DNA of 64,000 nucleotides from Octopus sinensis. Its lineage: Eukaryota. Each line of letters opens with the position of its first letter. The stretch's first letter is position 1. The notes beneath the pieces were generated by a model, which saw only the letters and a list, made by a program, of their open reading frames with translations, was not told where the DNA came from and made no database searches. Below, piece after piece: positions 1 to 10,385 of the stretch. Made by a program: the position numbers and the translations under genes. The stretch lies in NCBI RefSeq assembly GCF_006345805.1, contig NC_043010.1:28768001-28832000 (forward strand), written 5' to 3'.

Positions 1-264
1 TGCTCTTCCTTCCGTAGAAGATAAAATTCAAATCGGACCATGTTAACACCAACAATTATTTACATCAAAAAGGTGCTTTTTTCTATGAAAATCCTTGTTT
101 TTTACGATTTTTTCACTGCTGTGTCGCCATTTTTCAGTGTATTTCAACCAGAAAAATGTTCACTTGAAGAGAATAATAAGCTACATAATGCAAAATTTTT
201 ACTTTTCAAAAATTCCAATTCCAGCGGGTCGAAACAAACCCGAGCAACGCCGCGGGCGATACTG

Positions 265-268
<4 letters not shown>
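1..268 (+). mobile_element. 3' end of a non-autonomous Helitron-like element
   Basis: CCCG(239-242)...CGGG(253-256) GC hairpin followed by CTAA (265-268, fits CTRR) and then T, the canonical Helitron 3' terminus layout; the 5' part lies outside the window. Confidence 0.5.

Positions 269-299
<31 letters not shown>
268..299. repeat. (TA)n microsatellite
   Basis: Direct inspection. Confidence 0.95.
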
Positions 300-308
<9 letters not shown>

Positions 309-436
309 TTACATATAATCATATTTAAGATGTTCATGTACACTTGAGCATGGAAAAACAAAACACTGTGCAAATTATCTAATAGCTTATAGACAATATG
401 GGTGTAAACACATCATGAAGTAGTGAATGTCACAAC

Positions 437-481
437 TGTAAGATGCCCGCATTTCTACATTGTTATGCTTCATCAGTTACA
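437..481 (-). ncRNA. Type I hammerhead ribozyme motif (Penelope/retrozyme-like)
   Basis: Minus strand reads UGUAA CUGAUGA AGCAUAACAAUGUA GAAA UGCGGGCA UC UUACA: 5-bp stem I, intact core, 4-bp stem II with an A.A closing mismatch, near-palindromic stem III, AUC cleavage triplet. Confidence 0.7.
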
Positions 482-1220
482 TATACTGAGCTATCATTTG
501 AGACTGCTAAGAGCTGGTCATTCTTACATTAGAATAGCAAATGACACATTTGCTTATGTGTGAGAAGCTTTATCAAGTTGGGATTAATTAATCAGAGGTG
601 CACTAAGTGTTTCTACATCAGCTATAAATATCAAGCTGACATTGATGGTCATTAAGCTTGTATCGTACGGTCCATTCCTGGCCTAGCAGTGTGTTGACAC
701 CTATATTGTCTGTAATGACAATTTCTTCTCAAGACAACTTACGCAGCACATTGTCTTTCCATAACTGTATGCAAACGTTAAATATGATTGTACCTAACTG
801 TATTTCATTCAACACTGCTTTATGTATACATATATATATAAAATTAAATAATCAATAAAATTTTTTTAAATGTTCTCTAACCAGTAAATTGGCTGCTGAA
901 ATTTATTTACTGCAGAGTAATTTCCGACCTCAGCACACCAAAGTGAAGACACTTGAAAAATTCACCCAAATATAATTTGTAGAACTTTATACATGCTCTA
1001 TTTCAGTTGAACGTTCTGTATCTAGTTCTGGAAATTGTGTTTTGTAAGCAACAGACTATGCTGGCGATCTTGCAGATATCTGCGTGTTTGCATATGTAGA
1101 TATTAACAAGTGAAACCAATGGTACGTAGGTAATCATTTTTTATTTCGTGCATCTTCATTTGTCTTGCTCATTTTTACATTTTGGCGTTTTGCTGAGATT
1201 TTTCTTGAGAACACACTCTT

Positions 1221-1275
1221 CGTGGTAATAGCAATTTGACATCGTGGTAATAGCAATTTGACATCAATTTGACAT
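1221..1275. repeat. Perfect 22-bp tandem duplication plus 11-bp partial copy
   Basis: CGTGGTAATAGCAATTTGACAT at 1221-1242 and 1243-1264, then CAATTTGACAT at 1265-1275. Confidence 0.95.
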
Positions 1276-1489
1276 CTTTAGCATATTAGGTGTCCACTTT
1301 AGTGATCATTCCTCTTAATTTTGTATATATATATATATATAAGCAAAATAGTTGTAAAATCTCAAGAAGAGCTCAGAATAGTAATTATACTACCAAGTAA
1401 AGTTAATCACCACATCAAAATGACTGTTCCATGTTAATACTAGTTTAACTCCAAACAGATCTGCCAGCTGGTTATGGGTGCAATGATGT

Positions 1490-2225
1490 ACCCTATGTGG
1501 GCTGATCAATAAATATCCGGACTATTGCCATATAATAAAGCTGAAGGATGCAAAGTGAAGCCACTTGGTACAGATTGACCTTGGTCTCTGCTGTGCATGC
1601 ACACTAAGTTTTAACATTCTAGCTCACTTTTGCTGTTTATAGCAGTGCTTGGAAGGAAGGTGTGTAGTGTGTGATTGTCACATTGACCACAACAGAGGAA
1701 GTTGAGCAGAGAATCTGTATCAAATTTTGCCAAAAGCCAGCAATACCTGCTCAGAGACCTCTTCAAAGTTTTCATCGTTCTTGATACAGTCAAGGAGATC
1801 TTGTGCAACTGAAACCTGAGTGTCTTATTTTGTCAGCTGAAAGCAGTTCTGGCACAAACTTAGCAGACACACATCTCATACCCAAATCTTCAGTGATTAT
1901 GGACTGAACCATAACTAATCAGCACATCCTCTGATAACCCACAGATGGTGATTTGATGATTTCCCCTCATAGCTGCATGCAATTCTGTGATGTTTTTCTC
2001 AATTCTGCTGGTTGCAGGTCTCCTAGAACACTTATCAATATCAACATTTTTACGGCCATCTTGGAAACGTCTGAACCACTTGTACACTTGTGTATGGCCC
2101 ATACACTTTCTGCAAGTTTGCATAGGTCTCTGAGCAGGTATCGCCACGACAACTTCCTCTGTCATGGTCAGTGTGATAATTACACGCTACACACCTTCCT
2201 TCCAAACACTGCTTTTACAGGTAGA
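1490..2225. mobile_element. Two convergent mariner 5' fragments (fold-back)
   Basis: Plus strand ~1692-1736 encodes TEEVEQRICIKFCQK; minus strand 2165-1770 encodes MTEEV...QVYKWFRRFQDGRKNV...EDLGMRCVSAKFVPELL (mariner HTH). 1627-1770 is an inverted copy of ~2110-2225. Confidence 0.8.
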
Positions 2226-3192
2226 GCAGTTAGTGTCTTTCTCAGCTGTGCCTCACACATAGTAAGCCGTGACAATAAAACTGAGGGAATTAGGATGCTG
2301 TAGAAATTCTCCGAAAACCACTTTCAGTTTTTGCCAGAGATGTGGTAAGGAGCGGATTCCTGCTACCACAGATATGGCCTCCCAGCAGCAGCATGCCCCA
2401 CCCCAGCCAAGAATTAACCATAGTGCCCAGCAGTTTTACATAGGCTCTGAATGTGAGGTTAATTCTGGAGGATAATTCTGCTGTGTCTCATCCTCCTGGC
2501 CACAGCTTTGTGGTCTCAGTCTTACAACTTTTACAGTGTTTACTGAGCAGCAGTCAATGAGATCAGCATTTTGATGCTCAGTTCCAAATCATCATGGTAC
2601 AAGTAACTTTCTTTCAATATTCATTCAGATAGCTTCCAGTTCTCCATGCCAACTAACTTTTACTCAATTACAACTTTAATCTTTATGATCTCAAATGCTA
2701 TTGACTGTTCACCAATATATCAGGCTGTTTCTGAAAAAAAAAGACCTGAAAAATAGTCAAATTTAGCCAAGCACACTGTGTATATACACAACAGGCTTCT
2801 CTCAGTGCCCAACTATCAAATCCATTTGCAATGCTTTGGTCAGCCTGATGGTCACACATTAAGACTAAGCTCAAACCCATATCGTTGCAAAGCAACTTTC
2901 TTAACTACACAGCCATGCATATATTTATTTGTGCAACAACCCAAAAAGCACCTGCTGTAAACGCAATCTATAAGTTCAACACAAACATCAAATCAATATG
3001 GCTATTTGTATTAAAAAGGACCCTAGGTTTTCTAACTTCAATTTTGTCTTGTTAGGTATTGGCCATTCAAGAACTTTTATTTCTAATGACCTTAAAATAA
3101 TCTTTCATAATCCCAGATACAATTTGGATGTTAATACTTTCTCCTATCGTGTTTTTCCATTCCCCTCAAAGTTCTCTGTAATCTCAGCTTCT

Positions 3193-3400
3193 GTTTAACC
3201 ATGTAGCATTTAAACCAGCCATATCTGGCCCAAACATTCTATTAGCTTTATAATCAAACTGGCCAGATCTTGCCTCTCGCACTTGTCCTAAAATGACATT
3301 GTTAAAATCATGAAGCTACAAGATAGTATATGATTAATTCAAAGCAATATGACTAAATAAGCATTCATTTAACCAAGTAACCTGACTACTAAAGAGTTAA
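3193..3400. mobile_element. piggyBac-like MITE family 1 (degenerate copy)
   Basis: TTAACC..TAGCATT start and TAAAGAGTTAA end; internal similarity to copies at ~23461-23690 and ~38710-38944. Confidence 0.55.
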
Positions 3401-3784
3401 TATTTTGCTGGTCTCTGAAAATAAGAAACCATTATTTCCCTTTCTTTCATTCATATTTTGTAGTGATTTGGATTAGATTTTCAGTTTTCCTTTACAAGAT
3501 GCTAATCAAATTCTACAGTTGAAATCTTATTAAAATTTTTATATTGCAGAAGATCCCTACTGTGTGGTGTTCTTAGTAGATATAATCTTTTCCTGTTGGT
3601 TTTTCATTGCTGCAATGTAAATGCTACTTTTATTTTCATTGTTTTTCTTGGTAGTCTTGTTAATTCACATAACTTGTGTTTGAGATTAGAACGAATGTAA
3701 CTCATTATTAGAAGAGTGGGAATATAGGTAGTTTCTATGATTGTTGATTTTCAATTCAAATCAACAGATTTAAGTTGACATGGC

Positions 3785-3832
3785 ATGTGTGTGTATGTGT
3801 GTGTGTATGTATGTATGTATGTATGTATGTAT
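3785..3832. repeat. (TG)n/(TATG)n microsatellite, left flank and TSD of the RTE
   Basis: ATGTATGTAT at 3823-3832 recurs at 7804-7813. Confidence 0.9.
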
Positions 3833-6800
3833 TTTTTTTAGTCCTGCTGGGTGTCCAAATCACCCTCCTCACCAAGAAATCTTGGTGGGGTTGCCAGTTT
3901 AGTCGCCAACGACCCGACCATGTAACAGGTTGTACTGGGTTACATGTTACCAGTAGCTCCAAGCGGAGACCTGACATACAAGCGGAGACCTGTCAAAGGG
4001 CAGAGGAACTCTCTCATGAGTCAATGGCCATCCAAAATCCGGAGTGGAGCCCCTAAGGCGGTTGGATTGCGCCATGCGTGCCACCTTCCGGCAGCTCCTG
4101 CATCTTGGTCTACCCCCAGTCGTCTTGACTTTGTCTTGCCACTGGATCCGGCGCACCAGGACGAGAGAGTGAGGCTGATCCTGCGCAAGTCACCCTCACT
4201 ATAATCCAAGTCACGCGCATGTCACGACATCATGACGCCATGACACCATCCCAAAGTCCTGTGGCGATGGGGAAACGGCGAAGTAGCAGGTGAGGATACA
4301 CTGGGAGCTGCAGTCGTGAACCCACACACAGGCGGCTCAGGACATGTGGTCGCCCCTCACTGAACTGAGGCAGCAGTGGAGTCCAGCAGCCTCCTGAGTG
4401 ACCGAGCAGCCCTCTTCAGGATCGCTCTGCTCGACTCCCCAGCATGAGGACGGGGCTAGAAAAGGTTGCCCTAAACATAGCCTGCCTCACCTCACCCTGG
4501 TCAGCAAACCGCGGCTGGCGGGAATCCTTTCCAAGCGGTCGAAACAAAGAAAGAAGAAAACAAACAAAGGTGCTCACTTTCGCAACTTGGAACGTGAGAA
4601 CTCTGCTTGACAACACCAAAGCGGACAGACCAGAGAGACGAACTGCCCTGGTGGCCAGAGAACTGAGCCGATACAGTGTCGATATTGCAGCACTGAGCGA
4701 GACCCGCCTTGCGGACAAAGGCCAGCTGACAGAGACAGGCGGCGGCTACACTTTCTTTTGGAGTGGTCGCAGCAGCGAAGAGCGTCGTGAGGCTGGTGTT
4801 GGTTTTGCCATTAAGTCAGTACACGTGCGGAAACTGGAAAGCCCTCCCGAGGGTATCAACGATCGGCTGATGAAGATGCAGCTCCCACTTGGAAACAAGA
4901 CTAGTGCGACCATCATCAGTGCTTACGCCCCCACCATGACCAACCCTGAAGAAGTTAAGGACAGGTTCTATGAGGAACTCGACTCCCTCATCACGTCAGC
5001 CCAGCCTGGGAAGCTCATCCTCCTTGGGGATTTTAACGCCCGTGTCGGGACTGACCACCAAGCCTGGCATCGTGTACTGGGAAAGCAAGGAATCGGAAAG
5101 TGCAACAGCAACGGACAGCTCCTCCTGCGTGTGTGTGCCTCTCATGATCTACCATCGCCAACACCTTGTTCCGTCTGCCAACACGCAACAAGACATCATG
5201 GATGCATCCACGCTCCAAACACTGGCATCTGATAGATTACGTCATCGTCAGGGCGAAAGACAGGCGGGACGTGAGACTGGTCAAAGCCATGTGCGGAGCT
5301 GACTGCTGGACGGACCATCGCCTCATCATCTCCAGGATGGATTTCTACATCCGACCTAAGAGAAGACCACAGGGTCAGAAAGTGACGAGGAAGCTTAACA
5401 TCACGAAATTAAAGAACCAGCTGACTGCACAAGATCTCCAGTCACGTATGGACAGTAAGCTGTTGGACATTTGGAGTGACCAGTCCAGCATCGATGAGCA
5501 GTGGGAATCATTCAGGGACACGGTTCATTCCATCGTCCTTGAAACTCTGGGCCAAATTACGAGGAACCACCAGGACTGGTTCGACGAAAACGACCAGGAA
5601 ATCCAAAAGCTCCTGGAAGAGAAACGCCGTCTGCTGCGGGCTCACCAAAATGAAACCACCTGCACGGCAAAGAAGGCCGCTTTCAACAACATTCGCAGCA
5701 CAGTCCAGGCTAAACTCCGCCTCATGCAAGACGCATGGTTAAGCGCCAAGGCGGATGAGATTCAGGGATACGCAGACAAACATGACACCAAGAAATTCTA
5801 CGAGGCGCTGAAAGCTGTCTATGGACCGCAGTTCTCCTTTGGATCAACCCCCCTGCTCAGCTCAGATGGAACCTCACTCCTGACTAACAAGAGGCTGATC
5901 CTGGAGAGATGGGCGGAGCACTTCAACATCGTGCTCAACCGACCAGCCCAGATCAACGAGGAAGCCATCGCACGACTCCCCCAGGTGCCGACAAACCACG
6001 AGTTGGCTGTTCCCCCTGCAGTCGAGGAAGTGAGCAGAGCCATCAAAAAAATGTCCACCGGCAAAGCTCCAGGCTCTGACGCCATCCCTGCAGAGGTGTT
6101 CAAGTCGGGCGGCCCCACCATGATCAGTCAGCTCACCAGCCTGTTCCAGTCGATGTGGGACAGGGAACAACTCCCTCAAGATTTCCGGGATGCAACAATC
6201 GTTCACATTTATAAGCGGAAAGGAGATCGGCAGCCCTGCGACAACCACCGAGGTATTTCCCTCTTGTCTATAGCAGGCAAGATCCTGGCCCGGGTCCTGC
6301 TTGACCGCCTTCTGCAACACTTGGAGCAAGGCCTTCTCCCTGAGAGCCAGTGTGGCTTCCGTGCGGGTCGAGGGACCACTGACATGATATTCGCCAGCTC
6401 CAGGAGAAATGCATGGAGCAGCACCTTGACCTCTGCATGACCTTTGTTGACCTCACCAAGGCCTTTGATACAGTCAGTCGGGAGGGACTATGGAAGGTCA
6501 TGGGAAAATTTGGTTGCCCCAGCAAATTTATTGCAATTGTCTGCCAGTTCCACGACGGAATGACAGCCAGAATCCTTGAAGACGGCGACTCATCTGAAGC
6601 CTTCCAGGTGACCAACGGAGTCAGGCAGGGCTGTGTCCTGGCCCCAACACTGTTCAGCATCATGTTCTCGGCAATGATGTCCGACGCCTTTAGGGACTGC
6701 AAGTCCGGTATCAACATCAAGTACAGGACAGACGGGAAACTTTTCAACTCCAGGAGATTGCAGGCTGTCACAAAGGTGAGGGAGACAGTCGTCAGAGACT

Positions 6801-7803
6801 TTCTCTTTGCTGACGACTGCGCCCTTAATGCAATCGATGAGCAGGAGATGCAGCTCGAGATGGACAGGTTCTCATCAGCCTGTGACAACTTTGGTCTCAC
6901 CATCAGTGCAAAGAAAACCGAAGTGATGTTTCAGCCAGCCCCCGGCAAACAATACCATGAGCCTCAGATAAGGGTGAACGGACGGATCCTACGAGTGGTG
7001 GAAAACTTCACCTACCTGGGCAGCACTCTCTCCTGCAATGCCAACATAGATGCTGAAACCATCAACAGAATCTCCAAGGCAAGCAGCGCGTTTGGGAGAC
7101 TGCGAAAGAAAGTCTGGGAGCGGAGAGGAATCAGCCTCAACACCAAGCTGAAAGTCTACCAGGCAGTCGTGCTTACCACCCTACTATACGGCTGCGAGAC
7201 GTGGACTGCTTACCGAAGGCACGAGCACCAGATAAACCACTTCCATCTCAGGTGTCTTCAGAATCTCCTTCACATCCGCTGGCAGGACAAAGTCCCAGAC
7301 ACGGAAGTTCTGAAGCAGGCAGATCTCCCTAGCACCATCACAATCATGCGCAAGGCCCAGCTGAGATGGGCGGGCCACGTCTCCCGCATGTCCGACACTC
7401 GCATCCCAAAACAGCTCTTCTACAGTGAACTCGGCCAGGGCAGGCGCAAAGTCGGAGGGCAGAAAAAGCGCTACAAGGATAGTCTCAAGGTCTCTCTCAA
7501 AGACTTCTCCATCGGAACAGAGACCTGGGAGACACTTGCTGCCAACCGCTCATCCTGGCGCAGCGCAATCACCGTGGGAGCAGGGACAGCCCAGGAGGGA
7601 CGGATTCGGTCAGCGGAGCAGAAACGTCAGATGCGTAAAGTACGAGCCGCCTGCACCAGTAGCACTGCCCGTACCCACTTCTGCCCCACCTGTGGGAGGG
7701 GCTTCCTTGCCCGGATTGGCCTCACCAGCCACCTCCGGTCTCATGGCGGCAGTTCCATCAGATGAAGTCAGTTGGTCATCTTCGAACCGAAGGACGAACG
7801 AAC
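3833..7803 (+). mobile_element. Near full-length RTE-clade LINE
   Basis: ~600-nt 5' UTR, APE-RT ORF, short 3' UTR with stem-loop CTTCG-AAC-CGAAG and (GAAC)n tail; flanked by ATGTATGTAT direct repeats; visibly GC/CpG-rich against AT-rich flanks. Confidence 0.95.
4444..7765 (+). pseudogene. RTE ORF: APE endonuclease + reverse transcriptase + C-terminal C2H2 finger, split by two frameshifts
   Basis: WNVRTL, SETRL, SAYAPT, GDFNARVG, HLIDYV (APE); KAPGSD, QCGFR, DLTKAFD, GVRQGCVLAP, LFADD (RT); CPTCGRGF...LTSHLRSH. Frame changes at ~5150 and ~6393 join ORFs 4444-5232, 5166-6440 and 6413-7765. Confidence 0.93.
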
Positions 7804-7812
7804 ATGTATGTA

Positions 7813-8716
7813 TGAGGCTTACCCAAAACTAACTGGAAATGTTCTCTGTGGGACAAGCCCGTCGTAGTTCAGGCTTCTGTCACTAGAAGCTACTTGATGC
7901 AATCCTCAGGCATCAGTCTGCCGACTGGCATTGTCCACTGGGGTCATACTGCTATGTGGTGCATCTTTGTTTTGCAATGCTTCTCCCCTGTTCATTGATT
8001 TTTCCAATGGTTGAAATGAAAGGACAATATGCTTCTGTGAAATTCTATTTCCTGCTGGGGGAAACAGTGGCTGAAACAGTTGTCACACTTCAAACAGCTT
8101 ACAAGGATGCTGCCATGAGCAAAATGCAAGTTTACAAGTGGTTTCCAAGCTTTAGGAATGGTCAATTGTAGCTTGAGAACCAACCTTGTTCAAGGCAACC
8201 ATAAACCTCCCTAATAAATGAAAACATCACGAAAATTCATGAACTGATCTTAGAAGACTGTCCCTGAACAATTGACAAACTTGTTGATATGACTTGTGTG
8301 TCCTGGAGCTCCTACCAACGAATTTCGAATGAGGAATTGTGAATGAAAAGAGTCAAAGCAAAATTTGTGCTTTACTTGCTCATAGAGATCAAAAGCAGTC
8401 ATGACTGAATGCCTGTCGTGAACTGAAAGAACAGCTGGAAGTTGATCCGGACCTTGTTTTGAAGGTTATCACTGGTGATGAAAGCTGGAGCTATGGAATT
8501 TGCAGATATGGAAGAGGTGAAGAAAAAAATGACAAAGGCATTAAAAGCCATCACTTTGCTAGAGTTCTAGCACTGCTTCCAACAGTGGAAAACACATCTG
8601 GACCAATGCATTGCTTCAAATGGAAAATACTTTGAAGGCGATAAAAGTATAAACATGTAAAACTAAGTGAAGAAAATAATATTGCAAAATTCCGGTTTCT
8701 TTTGGGTACCTAACTA
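7813..8716 (+). mobile_element. Internally deleted mariner element
   Basis: TIR-like ends TA|TGAGGCTTACCCAAAACTAACTGGAA and TTCCGGTTTCTTTTGGGTACCTAACTA|TA; HTH (QVYKWF..FRNG), KVITGDESW at ~8465-8490, then a jump to the C-terminus (CIASNGKYFEGDK). Confidence 0.85.
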
Positions 8717-8719
8717 TAT

Positions 8720-9052
8720 GTTTGCGTGTATGTATGTATGTATGTCTGTATGTATGTATGTATGTATGTATGTATGTATGTGCATGCATGTGTGTGCATA
8801 TGTAAGTGTTCATGTGTATATGTGTGCATGTATGTGTGTATTTGCATGTATGTGTATCTGCATGTGTGCATGTGTATGTGACCATGCAGTATGCGTATGC
8901 ATATATGTGAGAGCCACTGTGTGTGTGTGTATGTATGTACCACTGTGAATGTGTGTGTGCATGGATGTGTGTGTGCCTACATGTGTAAGTGTGTGCATGC
9001 ATGTGTGTGTGTATGTGTGAATGTGTGTTTGTGTTTGTGTGTGTGTGTGTGT
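8720..9052. repeat. Compound (TATG)/(TG)/(CATG) microsatellite
   Basis: Direct inspection; produces the spurious HT/VC-rich ORFs. Confidence 0.95.
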
Positions 9053-9784
9053 TTTCAAGTGAGAAGGAAATAGTTTCATCGTAGTTCATAGCAAGTTCAG
9101 ACTCTGGATTAACAAAAAACAAACTGTTTGATTGACAAGAAACAAGAAGTTCAGGTGCAGAAAAGCGGCTAATGCTAGATGCAGAACCAATCAAAGAGGG
9201 TGTCAGCCATGTTATTTACCAGCAAAATCATTGCTAGCTTAAAAAATACGTTACAAATTACAGAAAAGACAAGTCTATTATAAGTGATTGATATAGTTGT
9301 ATGTATGTATGTATGTGTGTGTGTGTGTGTGTGTGAGTTATTTGTGTGTGTGTAACAGTTACTTGTCTAATACACATCCTCCTTATCATTACCATGCTTG
9401 CAATGGATTGACTGGAGATTCTTGGGGCAGATTTTTGATAGATGGATGCCCTTTCTTTCACTGGCCCACACCTGTCTCCAAGCAAGATAATATTTCCCCT
9501 TGGCTGAACATGTTTTCATAGAAGACTGGAAATGAAGAACACTGCTTGTATGACAGTAACATTCACTTTACAAGAATCATATGATGTCATGATAAGGAGA
9601 CACCAATTCTCTCAAACATGCATATTTTTCAATGAAAGCAGCCATCCACAATCGATGAGTTTTGTAATACTTGATGATACTGGAAATATTTTTATATATA
9701 CTAGAAATGGGGATCTGACTTGGCTGTCCACATCAGAGGGCATATGCAGATGAAGAGGGTGAGCTCAAATGATTTTACTCAAAG

Positions 9785-9940
9785 AAACGTTAGCACGCCG
9801 GGTGAAATGCTTAGTAGTATTTTGTTTGTCGCTACGTTCTGAGTTCAAATTCCACCGAGGTCGACTTTGCCTTTCATCCTTTTGGGGTTGATTAAATAAC
9901 CCCTCTGTGTGTAGCCCCTTGTGGGCAGTAAAGAAATAGG
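9785..9940 (+). mobile_element. MetaSINE-type tRNA-derived SINE (family B)
   Basis: GAGTTCAAATTCC B-box, GACTTTGCCTTTCATCCTTT domain, GCCCCTTGTGGGCAGTAAAGAAATAG tail; same family as 53985-54383. Confidence 0.8.
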
Positions 9941-10019
9941 TATTAAAGATAGAGTAGTTGATGGCATTGCAACATGATGTTTGAAGAAAATTCTATCTTT
10001 TGCTTGTTTCACACAGTGG

Positions 10020-10385
10020 ACCATGGCCATGCTGGGGCACCACCTTGATGAGTTTTAGTTGAACAAATTAACCTCAGTACATATTTAAAGTCTGTACTTA
10101 TTGCATTGATCTCTTTTGTTGAACCACTGGGTTACAAAGGATGCAAACCAAGCAACACTGGTTGTCAAGTGATGGGATAGGGGACACAAACACAGACACA
10201 AAGATATACATACACACATAAACATATACAATGGACTTCTACACAGTTTCCATCTGCCAAATTCTCTTATAAAGTACTAGTCAGCCTTGGTCTATCATAG
10301 AAGACACTTGCCCAAGGTGCTGTGCAGTAAGACTGAACCCAAAACCATTTGGTTGCAAAGTGAGTTTCTTAACCATACAGTCATG
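10020..10385 (-). mobile_element. tRNA-derived SINE family A (CORE-like, internal microsatellite), degenerate
   Basis: Similarity to the 52885-53278 copy (CCTTGGGCAAGTGTCTT; GGTGCCCCAGCATGGCC). Confidence 0.7.

Noticed and set aside
1221-1275. 22-bp direct repeats as a CRISPR array
   Set aside because: The repeats abut with no spacers; eukaryotic context; no cas genes
4020-4330. Canonical HDV-like ribozyme in the RTE 5' UTR (GCC-ACCTTCC-GGC as P3/L3)
   Set aside because: No GG for P1.1 after the putative P1 strand and no consistent P2; only a general structured leader is claimed
4863-4905. Hammerhead at CTGATGA inside the RTE endonuclease coding region
   Set aside because: Position 17 would be G and the stems are weak; explained by codons
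5140-6400. Programmed ribosomal frameshifting in the RTE ORF
   Set aside because: No slippery heptamer at either site, and conserved residues are missing, which indicates deletions
5819-6903. Long antisense ORFs within the RTE (100-211 aa)
   Set aside because: Expected shadow ORFs of a GC-rich coding strand; no independent features
8616-9194. 192-aa His/Thr-rich ORF and overlapping Val/Cys-rich ORFs
   Set aside because: Translations of a compound (TATG)/(TG) microsatellite
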